DNA of 61,387 nt from Alphaproteobacteria bacterium UBA6062 (GCA_002428885.1 DIYE01000338.1:1-61387), one strand, 5' to 3'; positions 16,495-26,421 are shown, counted from the stretch's first letter. Program-made: numbers and translations. Notes: generated by a model not told the origin, from the letters alone.

Positions 16495-18189
16495 TTAATT
16501 TGTCACATCATTCCAGTCCTGCTGATGATAACGGTAGACAACGCCGGAACGGGGTTTGTTGACTTTGATTTCATCCATTCCAGCGAAGAAATCCCGACCA
16601 AAAACGAACGAGGCCCGGATAACATCGACAGTTGCCCAGGCCGGCGGCAAATCAGGGCCGGAATATGCACCAATCCGCTCACGCGCAGCTTTCCCCTGAA
16701 CCGTCGCTATGCTCCATCCCCATTCCCCGAAACTGGGCACATTGGTATGGTATTGGTCAACATGTTGAAAACCGGCCGCTGATATGGTTTTGCCAATACT
16801 CAGAAAAGTTCGCCGGGCATGATAGGGGGATGTAGATTGCACAGCCAGAGCCCCATCTGCCGCAAGCAAGTTTCTTAATTTGGTATAGAAGGCGGTCGAA
16901 TACAGCTTGTTGAGATCCGGGTGACTTGGATCGGGAAGATCCACAATGATAACATCAAACCGCTTCCCATGATTGATCAGCTGGTCCGTCGTCAGCCAGG
17001 CGTCTCCATAGCTGATCGCCACCCTGGGATCCTCAAACGCCTGCTTATTCATCTCGATAAACGGCGCATTGGATCTGTCCGCCCTCATCGTCTGAAAAAA
17101 GCGAACCAGTTCTTCATCCAGATCCAGCAGATGAACGGCTTGCGGATTCCATTTCAGCACATCCCGAAGTGCAAGGCCATCTCCGCCCCCCACAATAAGA
17201 ACCCTTTCCCGCCTGGCGCTCGCCATCATCGCCGGCACCACGAGCATGCTGTGATAAATCGCCTCATCATGACTTGTGAACTGAACACGGCCATTGATAT
17301 GAAAGGTATAGAGTGGCCGCCCTTCCGGCCCTCGGTCCCTTTTGGTAACGACCAGCCGCTGATAGGAAGTATCATGCTGGTGGACGACCTTGTCCTCATA
17401 CATCACCCCTTCTGCTATTGCCTGCCAGTTCGTGCCGTGATAGGCGATGATGAAAGCAAGCACAAAGAATAGTCCATGTGCAGCCAGAAGGATCTCTCGA
17501 TAGCGGATGTGAGTGTAAAACCTGCAGATAAAGACGAAACCGATCAGCAGATTCATCATCGCCGTGAGCGCTCCCGCCAACGCGGGATCGATGGACAGCA
17601 TCCAGCCAACCCAGACGATAGCACCTATCCCCGCCCCAATATAATCCGCGCCATATATGGTACCAATATTATGACGCAAATGGCGGGCATGCAGAAATTC
17701 ACGAACCCGGGCGATCAAGGGGATCTCCATCCCGATCAGAACTCCCAGCAAACAGGCCATCACATAGGGAGAGTATCCCGCCAGTGTCTCAATCTGGGCA
17801 AAAACACCTCCCTGGACAGGCAGGCCGCCGGGCAGATTTAATGTATCGCTCAGCACTTGCGGCAGGATAAATGCACCAGCCATCAATCCACTGCAGATGA
17901 GGACAGCTCCGCTCCCCGCAAGTGCCATCAGGAGTTCTAACGTCACAAAACCAAGAAAGGGGTCCTTGACGCGGGCAGACAGAAAAGAACCAACGCCCAT
18001 ACTGACAATCATCAAACTGATGATCGTGAAAATAACCGTTTCGACCGCCCCTAAAACACGTGCCGCATAGTGAGACAACAGATATTCATAGATCAGGCCG
18101 CACCCGGCCAGAATGCCTGTTATAAGCACCAGCGTGACGTCTATCCGCAGGCGTGACACCCACTCTTTTCTATCGGCGACTTCCGACAT
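16495..18189 (-). CDS. speE: Polyamine aminopropyltransferase (spermidine synthase) with N-terminal membrane domain
   Basis: CGLIYE, GMEIPL, ADYIGA TM region; LIVGGGDGLALR, IIVDLPDP, KLYS, VPSFGEWG. Confidence 0.9.
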   Translation of the reverse strand: MSEVADRKEWVSRLRIDVTLVLITGILAGCGLIYEYLLSHYAARVLGAVETVIFTIISLMIVSMGVGSFLSARVKDPFLGFVTLELLMALAGSGAVLICSGLMAGAFILPQVLSDTLNLPGGLPVQGGVFAQIETLAGYSPYVMACLLGVLIGMEIPLIARVREFLHARHLRHNIGTIYGADYIGAGIGAIVWVGWMLSIDPALAGALTAMMNLLIGFVFICRFYTHIRYREILLAAHGLFFVLAFIIAYHGTNWQAIAEGVMYEDKVVHQHDTSYQRLVVTKRDRGPEGRPLYTFHINGRVQFTSHDEAIYHSMLVVPAMMASARRERVLIVGGGDGLALRDVLKWNPQAVHLLDLDEELVRFFQTMRADRSNAPFIEMNKQAFEDPRVAISYGDAWLTTDQLINHGKRFDVIIVDLPDPSHPDLNKLYSTAFYTKLRNLLAADGALAVQSTSPYHARRTFLSIGKTISAAGFQHVDQYHTNVPSFGEWGWSIATVQGKAARERIGAYSGPDLPPAWATVDVIRASFVFGRDFFAGMDEIKVNKPRSGVVYRYHQQDWNDVTN

Positions 18190-18216
18190 CTCAGCACCTC
18201 GTAGAGGGCAGAATCA

Positions 18217-19128
18217 TTAGCTTAGCAAGCTAACCAGAAGCAACCCCAGACCAATATAAGCTCCGGCCTCAACCGTCGCCACCCCCATATTGTTTTCCTG
18301 ATCCACTTCCTGGGACACTGGAATTCCGTATAGAACCACCTTTTCCAGAAGGGTCGTCAGTAGGATAATGACCAGCAGCAGGACAAAAGCAACAGCAGCC
18401 CAGACCAGTATGGACATTAGCAAGCCACCCCCTTCATCAAAAACAACAAGATTACCGGCCATTGAAAGGGATAGGGCGACACCGATCTGAAACCCCGCGA
18501 AGCGGACAGCAAGTGCCGCATTCCCTTCCGCGATAGCATCCCCGAATGCTTTGTTATCATTGCGGCGCCTGAACAATCCCACCCTGTATCGGGAGGCAAA
18601 AACCAGTATAGCCTGGGTTACAGCATACATGGCAATGACAACCCCGAGAGATGTCAACCAGTCTCCGCTCACCCAGGAGAAAACACCAAATATGACAACG
18701 GATGTTGCCACCATGTTGCCTGCATCCAGAATCCCCGCAGCAATATGCCCGCCATTGATTAATGCCTTCAGATCAATGCTTGGGAAGGTAATTCTATCGA
18801 AAATCCAGCGGGTACACAGCATCATAATGATACCGAGAATACCATAGCCCAGGACAAAGCCGCCTTCGTATAACAGACTGGTCGCGATATCGCCGGAGGC
18901 AACACCGGCAAAAACAACAGCCAGTGCTGCCGTGGCTCCTCCCAGGGAAATTCCGAATGCGTGATTATCTTTTTCGGCAAGTTCAGCTGTTGAATTCCCG
19001 CCGCCGATGACCCGCCCGAACAGCTGCCTGACAACCACCAACAAAGCAAACAGCAAGACGAAATCGACAACCAGGGCCGCATAATAATAAGGATCATCCG
19101 AGACAGTCAGATAGTTCAATATGGTCAT
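18217..19128 (-). CDS. DUF350 domain membrane protein (tandem repeats)
   Basis: Repeated TM hairpins with ELAEKDNHAFGI, LINGGHIAAGI, IAEGNAALAV, EVDQENNMGVA. Confidence 0.88.
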   Translation of the reverse strand: MTILNYLTVSDDPYYYAALVVDFVLLFALLVVVRQLFGRVIGGGNSTAELAEKDNHAFGISLGGATAALAVVFAGVASGDIATSLLYEGGFVLGYGILGIIMMLCTRWIFDRITFPSIDLKALINGGHIAAGILDAGNMVATSVVIFGVFSWVSGDWLTSLGVVIAMYAVTQAILVFASRYRVGLFRRRNDNKAFGDAIAEGNAALAVRFAGFQIGVALSLSMAGNLVVFDEGGGLLMSILVWAAVAFVLLLVIILLTTLLEKVVLYGIPVSQEVDQENNMGVATVEAGAYIGLGLLLVSLLS

Positions 19129-19146
19129 GATGGAGCCTCTTGTTCG

Positions 19147-20145
19147 TTATTTGCCCAGGCTGCGGCTTCGAAAGCCACTACGACTTGATGGTGCTGTTCT
19201 ACTGTTTGAATAGGAACTCACACGTTTCGGGCTGTATGTAGATTTGATTGCTTTCGGGGCATTTGCGGTCTTTGGAGCATAGCTTGAAAGCCTGTTGGAG
19301 CTTTTGAATTTTTTGACCGTAGCGGCTGGCACCTTGTTTTTGGCAGCCCCGGGATTTACCCGTCCCGCATTCGCCCAAACGCGATTGTTTCGGTCCGTTC
19401 CGTAATAGTGACGACCAACATCCCCGTAATAGGAAGCACTGCGGTTCCGATACCACCGATCCCGGTTAAACTGGTACCCTGTCCCCCATCCAGCAATATC
19501 GGAAAACAATCGGTATTGACCATACCATTGCCAAAAGCTGCTGCCACCACTGTTTGACCAATACCCGTATGTCGGGTTCCCCACGAGGTGCTGAGAGGGC
19601 GGCATGTTTTGATCTTCGGTCTTCGCGAATTTCAGCTTCGGCAGTTTGCCCTTGCTCATATCCGCCAGGACATTAATCACATCCACCAATGAATCATTGA
19701 ACACAGTTGGATCGGCGGCACCAGAAACAGAGGCCGCCTCCGAGGCCACGTCTGATACAGCGATTCTGGATTTCTTCCCGTCATTCGCGAAAGTGTTTTG
19801 TGCATTCGTCAGACGTTTGCGGAGAAACGTAAAACTGCCGCCCCTGACGGTCCCTTCCGCTTCAAGTGTCGCAATCAGGTTGCTCAAATCGGGATCGGAT
19901 TGCTTCAGGATATGGGCATATTCTTTCAAATACTTGATATTGGGCAACTCAAAGGGAGTTGTGCTTTTATATCCCCGGGCCTCATCGGCTTTCAAAAGCG
20001 TTTCCAGCCTTGAAATGTCTTTACCCGCCTTTTCAAGCAGCTGGCTGGCATTATCATACTCCGGATCCGAGCAACCTGTTACGAACACCAGCACACTGGC
20101 CAGCAGGAGGAAGGGAATAAGTATGTTCCTTCTCACTGTGCCCAT
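19147..20145 (-). CDS. Hypothetical lipoprotein with Tyr/Gly/Trp-rich region and Ser/Arg-rich tail
   Basis: VTGC lipobox; LVGNPTYGYW...SFWQWYGQY...YYGDVGR; ends SSRSGFRSRSLGK. Confidence 0.75.
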   Translation of the reverse strand: MGTVRRNILIPFLLLASVLVFVTGCSDPEYDNASQLLEKAGKDISRLETLLKADEARGYKSTTPFELPNIKYLKEYAHILKQSDPDLSNLIATLEAEGTVRGGSFTFLRKRLTNAQNTFANDGKKSRIAVSDVASEAASVSGAADPTVFNDSLVDVINVLADMSKGKLPKLKFAKTEDQNMPPSQHLVGNPTYGYWSNSGGSSFWQWYGQYRLFSDIAGWGTGYQFNRDRWYRNRSASYYGDVGRHYYGTDRNNRVWANAGRVNPGAAKNKVPAATVKKFKSSNRLSSYAPKTANAPKAIKSTYSPKRVSSYSNSRTAPSSRSGFRSRSLGK

Positions 20146-20381
20146 TCAGCACCCCCTTCAACTAATGGTAATATAAATTATTATTTTCTCTATTAATGTG
20201 AAAGAAATACGACAAGTCTCCAGATACCGCAACTACTTTTAAAGATCCGAGACACTGGCCGATATCACATCATCGGTTCCATACAATCCCCGTTAAACCA
20301 CCGACTACATTAGCTCCCTTTACTAAATCTCCCACTGCTTTTAAGCTTTTAGCTGATGGGTGGGTTTCTGAGGGTGAAACC

Positions 20382-21263
20382 ATGATGAAGAAAGAAAAAA
20401 TAACGCCGGCGAACGGTAGAAATATATCAGAAGGCCAGCATCCGAAAACGGCTGTCTTTCTGATCAAGGAAATGGCTCTCGTCACATCTGTCAGTACTGA
20501 AGATGTTTGGCGCTGGCTGGCCGCCGGCTGGGCGGACCTTAAAGCGAACAGCGGCGTCAGCATGAGCTATGCAGCCCTGTTTATTATTTCAGGGTTGATC
20601 CTGTCCTTCGGCTTTTATTTTATGGGCTGGCTCTATCTGATCCTGCCCGGCCTGACCGGATTCCTTCTGGTCGGTCCTGCGGTCGGCATTGGTTTTTACG
20701 AAATAAGCCGCCGCTCAGCAGCCGGTGAAAAGGTCACTCTATGGGCCGCTTTAACAGCCGCAAAGCGCAACAAGCTCGGGATTTTTGGTTTCGGCGTGGC
20801 GCTTGCCTTTATTTTCCAGATGTGGATCCGCCTGTCCTTTACGGTCTTTGCCCTGAACTTCCCCGGGATCATGCCCGAATGGGACATCATTCTATTCCGA
20901 GCGATCAGCCTGGAAGGGATCTATTTCGGACTGTCCATTGCCATTGTCGGGGCTGTCTTTGCAACGGGTATCTTCTTTATCGGTGCCTTTTCCATGCCCA
21001 TGATGCTCGACCGAAAATCCATGTTCGTTCCATCCTTGCTGACCAGCGCCTATGCGGTAATCCATAACCGAAACGCCATGATCCTCTGGGCGGCCATGAT
21101 CGTGATCTTTACCGGGATCGGCCTTGCAACACTGGGCGTCGGACTGATTGTCACCCTGCCGCTTATCGGCCACGCCACCTGGTACGCTTACAAGCAGACC
21201 ATGTCCGGCGACCTCCCACAAGGTCAGTCCCATCCGACGGACCGGTTTACCGAGGCAGAATAA
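20382..21263 (+). CDS. DUF2189 family integral membrane protein (start may be later)
   Basis: WLAAGWADL, GFLLVGP..GFYEISRR, PLIGHATWYAY. Confidence 0.85.
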   Translation: MMKKEKITPANGRNISEGQHPKTAVFLIKEMALVTSVSTEDVWRWLAAGWADLKANSGVSMSYAALFIISGLILSFGFYFMGWLYLILPGLTGFLLVGPAVGIGFYEISRRSAAGEKVTLWAALTAAKRNKLGIFGFGVALAFIFQMWIRLSFTVFALNFPGIMPEWDIILFRAISLEGIYFGLSIAIVGAVFATGIFFIGAFSMPMMLDRKSMFVPSLLTSAYAVIHNRNAMILWAAMIVIFTGIGLATLGVGLIVTLPLIGHATWYAYKQTMSGDLPQGQSHPTDRFTEAE

Positions 21264-21274
21264 AGAAGAAAGCG

Positions 21275-22111
21275 CTAGATCATCCCGGCAATGGTATCGG
21301 CGGCTGAGCGGGCGTCGGTTTCAGAGTCTCGGACGAGCTGGTCGAAATGATCTGTGAGGGCCTGGATCTGCCGGGTTTCGCGGAGGACCATATAGTAGCG
21401 GCCCACATAGACAACAGCGAGCAAGGGGCCGAAAATTGTTACCGGCGCGGAGAAAACCGTCCGGGCATCATAGAGATAAATCCGTAAAGACGGGTACAAA
21501 TCACGGCAGCAGTCGGCCATATAGGCTATCTGCTCCCGCCGGGCTGCCTCCGGTAATCCTGTCCAGTAGCCTTCGCCCAGCGCCAAGGATTCAACCAGGT
21601 GTCTGGGGACGCAAATTTCATAATCAGAGCCGGGATTGCGGAGCCATTTGGTTGTATCAAGAATGGCAAGGCCCGCCTGCTCCGGGGTTTTTTCGACAAA
21701 AGCGGAATATTCGAACTCAAGAACCGCATCGGTCTTTAAGATATCCGGCAGGGTTGCCGGCACATGCCGGATCTTGTAGCCCGCAGCTTCCCTGTGCCAT
21801 TCGCCAATCTGCGCATCTGCCGGTGTGCGTTTGGCTTCTGTCAGCCGGAAGGAGGTATCCAGCAAGGCCGCTGTTGTCTCACTCCGTTCCGTTAGCGCCA
21901 GCAACCAGTCGACACTCACCCCGAGCGCTGAAGCGCACTCCGCCGCCACATGAGCGTTGGGCAGTCTCACTTCAGCTTCATTCAATAGTTGAGCAATGGT
22001 CGACCGATCCACCCCACATGTCCGGGCCAATGCACTTCGACTCATGGCGGCGCGGCTCATAGCTTCCTCAAGTCGGGTTCTGAAAATCCGGGATCGTTCC
22101 AGTTTATCCAT
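21275..22111 (-). CDS. XRE family HTH transcriptional regulator with large C-terminal domain
   Basis: SRSALARTCGVDRSTIAQLL...ALGVSVDWLL; GYKIRHVPATLPD. Confidence 0.85.
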   Translation of the reverse strand: MDKLERSRIFRTRLEEAMSRAAMSRSALARTCGVDRSTIAQLLNEAEVRLPNAHVAAECASALGVSVDWLLALTERSETTAALLDTSFRLTEAKRTPADAQIGEWHREAAGYKIRHVPATLPDILKTDAVLEFEYSAFVEKTPEQAGLAILDTTKWLRNPGSDYEICVPRHLVESLALGEGYWTGLPEAARREQIAYMADCCRDLYPSLRIYLYDARTVFSAPVTIFGPLLAVVYVGRYYMVLRETRQIQALTDHFDQLVRDSETDARSAADTIAGMI

Positions 22112-22126
22112 GCCAGCAATTTACAC

Positions 22127-22150
22127 CATTGTTTATAATTATCAACAATG
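22127..22150. promoter_or_regulatory. 24-bp near-perfect palindromic operator
   Basis: CATTGTTTATAATTATCAACAATG, one mismatched pair, between the XRE regulator and divergent DUF2061 gene. Confidence 0.65.
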
Positions 22151-22226
22151 CGCATAAATATATGCATAAACGCCCAATTCCCGCGATTTACAACGTCTGA
22201 TATAGTTTCCTTATCCAGAAAGGAAA

Positions 22227-22436
22227 ATGATTTTTATGGAAACGGCGCAGCGTACTCTTTTAAAAACAATAACATGGCAGGTGATCGGGATCGCAACCAT
22301 GATGATTATCGCCTACCCGCATACTGAGTCGCTTTTTGACGCCTTCACCCTCTCCCTCACCTCTTCAACCAGCGGCCTGATCCTCTTTATGGTCCACGAG
22401 CGGATCTGGAACGCTGTCCGTTGGGGTCGGCGATGA
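22227..22436 (+). CDS. DUF2061 family small membrane protein
   Basis: METAQRTLLKTITWQ...HERIWNAVRWGR; RBS AAGGA. Confidence 0.85.
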   Translation: MIFMETAQRTLLKTITWQVIGIATMMIIAYPHTESLFDAFTLSLTSSTSGLILFMVHERIWNAVRWGRR

Positions 22437-23135
22437 CAACGAAAATGTCTCAATCGCCTCGGCATTTTCCGTTAAACTTAACTTCCCCGCTTCCGTCAAT
22501 GCGTAAACACCGCGCGAAACCCTCTCGAACCAGCCGTAATGGTTTTTCTGCAAGATTGACGCAGCATTGGAGACGCCGGCTTTTTTCCTGATCTCGGCAG
22601 CTTTCATCTCACCTTCCGGCGACAGAAGGAGGGCACAGCGCAGGGCATTTTGCCTGTACGCCGTCATAATCGTTGTTTTGCTCACGCCTCCCTTGTTGGG
22701 ATCACCGGTGCGGTTTTTAAACTCTGTTATCAGACGGCTCTGCTTCACCTTGCTTTTGCGAGGTGCATAGGGTTTGGGATCCAGCAGGACCAGTACGGAT
22801 CCGGGCTGATCGGATGGTGGCGTTACCTGCATCAGGCCAAGCCCCAGTTTGCGGCACAGCTTCAGATAGTCTTTCTGCTTCAAACGCCAGTTTTTGCGTT
22901 TTCGGGGTGTTTCAGGAGCAAGGATAGCCAGATACACATCATCTGAAAGGGCCTGACGGCTAATGCCCTGCAAGACCAGATCCAGTGAAAAGATAAGTTT
23001 CAGCTCAACAATAACAGTCGGCTCGCCATCCTTTACGGCCACGACATCACAGCCTTTTACCTCCGACTTGACGTCATAGCCTTTGCTTTCAAGCAGCGCT
23101 TTTACCGGTTCGTATAAGTCTGTTTCTTTGGTCAT
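22365..23135 (-). CDS. DUF2161 family putative PD-(D/E)XK protein
   Basis: ETDLYEPVK..GYDVKSEVKGCDVVA..IVELK; GDPNKGG, MTAYRQ, NHYGWFER. Confidence 0.88.
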   Translation of the reverse strand: MTKETDLYEPVKALLESKGYDVKSEVKGCDVVAVKDGEPTVIVELKLIFSLDLVLQGISRQALSDDVYLAILAPETPRKRKNWRLKQKDYLKLCRKLGLGLMQVTPPSDQPGSVLVLLDPKPYAPRKSKVKQSRLITEFKNRTGDPNKGGVSKTTIMTAYRQNALRCALLLSPEGEMKAAEIRKKAGVSNAASILQKNHYGWFERVSRGVYALTEAGKLSLTENAEAIETFSLSSPTPTDSVPDPLVDHKEDQAAG

Positions 23136-23274
23136 TCTTCCCTGATACAGCAAACACGGCCGCGATAGAAGAACCCGATCACTTATCTACATGGATTTAT
23201 AATATATTGATCCGGGCCGTCTTTTTATGTTTACTGAAAGCGATCCAAACAAACGAACTCGGGGGGGTTTACGT

Positions 23275-24969
23275 ATGGTGAAGTTTCTAACGACACTATC
23301 AGTGTGTCTTTTTTTGACCATTGGGGCTGCCGTTGCGGCCTCTGATATAGACCGAAATGTCAGCAGTGCGCTGACGGATATCACGAAATATGAAGAACAG
23401 TTTGCCGGACAGACATCTGTCTCCAAAACAACGGCCCGGCGAACCTTAAAACTGCTCACACTGACCCGGCAACGGCTGGACAGCGCGGCAGATCACAGTC
23501 ACCCGGCCTGGGTCGAGGCAGACGAGCGGCATAAGAGGCTTGTAGAGTTCCTTAACAACGTCATCACGCCCGGCCAAACGACAACGACTGCTCCGGCACC
23601 TGAACCAAAAACACCCAAAGAGACAGCCTCCAAACCGATGCCCAGCGCATCCCAGGCGTCCAAACCTGCTCAGCCCGCCGCCCGGAAACAGGCGCCTGCA
23701 AAGCGGATGATTTCGCAGCAGCGGGTTCGGGTTAAAAAGCTGCAGCGGGATATTGCAAGCGCCTCTGACACTCTGAACAAGGCCGGTCCAAAACCGTTTC
23801 AGGATGCCAGATATGTGGCGAAAGCGGAACAGCGCCTGAATAACTTCAGTGTCTCATTAGGTAAATATAACGACTTTGCCGGTGATCCGGACGTTGTCGC
23901 CGCCGGGAATGCTCTTGCCAATTACGGTAACATGATTGCTTTTGGCAAAGATCATGCAGCGAAGGAACTGGAAGTACTCGGAGACGTTCAGAAGAAGCTG
24001 GCGGCTATCGAGCAGTCCATCCGCAAATTAACGGCTCCGGAAACACCGTCTCATCCCTATCAACAGGGTGAACTCAAGACCTGGCTGATCCAGCTTGCGA
24101 AAACCAGAAAGGCGGCCATTGCCATCCACAAACCGCTGCCGGAAATAAAAAAACGGGCCTGGCTTCCCGATACCCGACAAACCGTCAGTCAGGGCGGCGC
24201 CTATGATCTGAAGGATGTGGACAGGCTGGACCGATCCCTTCGCGGCATCGTCGGCAAGATGGAGCAGGATGTTAAGACATTCTCCGCCAATCTGGCCCTT
24301 GCCGTAAAGCATGCGTCGGAAACACTTCCTTTCTTTGATGCTTTTGATCCAACGGATTCCCTTCAACAGACAAAACACTTTCTGTCCGAGGGTCGGGCAG
24401 ATGAGGTTCGCAAATCCCTGGCGGATACGGAACTGCTATTCAGTGAAGCTGCTGAATACTCCAAGCTTCTCAAACACAAGGATTATGAACAACGGCTGAC
24501 CCTGCTCGAAAAAGCCAGAAAGAGCAGCGACCTTTACGAAGACAATTACCGTAAAGCCATGGAGCTGGTGCGCCTACCGGAAGCCGCGTCAACCGATTCC
24601 GATCTGCTTGAGATTGCCGAGGAAACTCTGGGTAATCCCAGATACGACTATGTCGGAGATATCAAACGGCTGGTTATCAACACGGACAAGACCACCCGCT
24701 CCAAGGAAACCAGCCAATCCAAGTTTGATAAACTGGATATCAGCTTAAGCGGTGACATCACCTTGTCGGGGACCAAAACGACTTACTTCTATGAGTGGGA
24801 GGAATTTCAGGTCGCCACCGCTGAGCCGGTTAAAGACAAGTTCTTTATTTTCTATACGACTTTGAAGAAATTCACCAAAGGCTCAAACACAACACCGCTG
24901 AACAGATGGGTGATTGCATCCCGTTTGCAGGGAAGTGAAATTCCCGAAGACAATATCGATCTGGATTAA
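23275..24969 (+). CDS. Secreted hypothetical protein with Pro/Ala/Thr linker
   Basis: Signal peptide MVKFLTT...AAVAA; G-rich RBS; long ORF. Confidence 0.75.
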   Translation: MVKFLTTLSVCLFLTIGAAVAASDIDRNVSSALTDITKYEEQFAGQTSVSKTTARRTLKLLTLTRQRLDSAADHSHPAWVEADERHKRLVEFLNNVITPGQTTTTAPAPEPKTPKETASKPMPSASQASKPAQPAARKQAPAKRMISQQRVRVKKLQRDIASASDTLNKAGPKPFQDARYVAKAEQRLNNFSVSLGKYNDFAGDPDVVAAGNALANYGNMIAFGKDHAAKELEVLGDVQKKLAAIEQSIRKLTAPETPSHPYQQGELKTWLIQLAKTRKAAIAIHKPLPEIKKRAWLPDTRQTVSQGGAYDLKDVDRLDRSLRGIVGKMEQDVKTFSANLALAVKHASETLPFFDAFDPTDSLQQTKHFLSEGRADEVRKSLADTELLFSEAAEYSKLLKHKDYEQRLTLLEKARKSSDLYEDNYRKAMELVRLPEAASTDSDLLEIAEETLGNPRYDYVGDIKRLVINTDKTTRSKETSQSKFDKLDISLSGDITLSGTKTTYFYEWEEFQVATAEPVKDKFFIFYTTLKKFTKGSNTTPLNRWVIASRLQGSEIPEDNIDLD

Positions 24970-24979
24970 GATCAAGAGC

Positions 24980-25002
24980 AGCCGGGCGGCGTCCGCCCGG
25001 CT
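24980..25002. terminator. GC-rich hairpin between convergent genes
   Basis: AGCCGGGCGG-CGT-CCGCCCGGCT, 10-bp stem; no strong U-tract. Confidence 0.55.
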
Positions 25003-26326
25003 ACCTTTCGAGTATATCGCTCAATCGCATCAATGCGTTTCGCAACCGACCCAGTGTTGAGGAGGCCAGGGCAATCCGGACAGACGGCGGTGCATAAGCC
25101 GGGTCTGCCGCAAAAGCCGCTCCCGGAACCAGGGCAATGCCTTCCCGAGCTGCTTTCGCAACAAAGCTCTCAGCTCGATGCTCCTTCGGTAGCCTTAACC
25201 AGGCATGATAGGCGGAAGGATGACTGATAATATCAAAAGAAGAGAGGCAATCCTGCAGGACTTTCTGTCGCTTTCTAGCATCCCGTCGCTTGGCAGTTTC
25301 CAAATCCACCACCAAACCGCTATCCAGCCAGGCCCTGCAGGCCTGCAGGGCAAAACTTGTCGCCGACCAGCCGCCTTGCAGCAAAGCGTCCTGAACATCT
25401 TGCCTATATCCTTCGGGAACAGCCAATAAACCCAGATTAAGGCCCGGCGACAAGCGCTTCGAAAAACTATCCAGCACAATGACATGGTCCGGCGCATATT
25501 GCGCCACGGGCGAAAAAGTGCGGGGAATAAGAAATCTGTAAACACAATCTTCAATACCGGCCATTCCGGTTTTCTCCAGAACCCGTCCCAACGCCTGACG
25601 CCTCTCCCGCCCCATCACCGTTCCGATCGGATTGTGAATAGCAGACTGGAAATAGACGGCTTTTACGTTCTGCCTCCTTTGAGCCGCCTCCAGAGCTGCG
25701 GGAATTAGTCCTTCCTGATCCATCTCAACCGGTAGCAACCGAATACCCAATCGCGATGCCAGAGCCTTCACAATCGGATATGTCAGTTTCTCGACCGCCA
25801 ATGTTCCTCCCGCCGGTACAAGGGCAGAGAGGGCTGCGGCAATCGCCTGACGGCCACCAGCAGCAAATTGCAGGGAGGACGGATCCGGTCGCCAGGGGCC
25901 TGTCGCCAGGAAATCAGCAAAAGCCCTCTTTAATCTCCGGTCTCCTTCATCAAATCGACCGCGTGGTCGAAACAGACATTCTCCGGCTTCAGCCTCCAGT
26001 AATGTCTGCAACCCCTCCATCATCCGATGTTCCTGCCCGTCCAGGGTTGGGAAATTCACTTCAAGATCTACGGGCAGGTCATCCCTCGACGCTGATAAAG
26101 CCAGAGCCTGACCGGATCCGGCATCCAGAATATAGGTTCCGCGACCAACCTCGCCGCCGGCAAATCCTCGCCGGGCAAGCTCCCCATAGGCTCTGGTTAT
26201 CGTGGAGGCGGCAATGCCTCGCTCATAGGCAAAGGTCCGTTGAGGCGGTAACCGGTCCCCCGGCTGCAGATCTCCCGCCTTTATCCGATTTTCAAGTTCA
26301 TCCGCAATGTGGAGATAGGTTTTCAT
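25001..26326 (-). CDS. MocR/GabR family regulator (GntR HTH + PLP aminotransferase domain)
   Basis: LQPGDRLPPQR...GEVGRGTYI; HNPIG, IED, SFSKRLSPGL. Confidence 0.92.
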   Translation of the reverse strand: MKTYLHIADELENRIKAGDLQPGDRLPPQRTFAYERGIAASTITRAYGELARRGFAGGEVGRGTYILDAGSGQALALSASRDDLPVDLEVNFPTLDGQEHRMMEGLQTLLEAEAGECLFRPRGRFDEGDRRLKRAFADFLATGPWRPDPSSLQFAAGGRQAIAAALSALVPAGGTLAVEKLTYPIVKALASRLGIRLLPVEMDQEGLIPAALEAAQRRQNVKAVYFQSAIHNPIGTVMGRERRQALGRVLEKTGMAGIEDCVYRFLIPRTFSPVAQYAPDHVIVLDSFSKRLSPGLNLGLLAVPEGYRQDVQDALLQGGWSATSFALQACRAWLDSGLVVDLETAKRRDARKRQKVLQDCLSSFDIISHPSAYHAWLRLPKEHRAESFVAKAAREGIALVPGAAFAADPAYAPPSVRIALASSTLGRLRNALMRLSDILER

Positions 26327-26359
26327 TATATTGCACCGAGCTCAATATATATATTGCAC
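26327..26359. promoter_or_regulatory. MocR-type operator (direct + inverted repeats)
   Basis: TATATTGCAC at 26327 and 26350 with inverted CAATATA at 26343; abuts the MocR ATG, which lacks an SD. Confidence 0.6.
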
Positions 26360-26421
26360 TGATAATTGTTTCTTTTTAGATCTGTCATCAGCATCTGTCA
26401 CTCACTTTTCAGGTCGAATTT

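Noticed and set aside
22365-23135. DUF2161 PD-(D/E)XK protein as a restriction or defence gene
   Set aside because: Host-like composition, no methyltransferase or defence neighbours.
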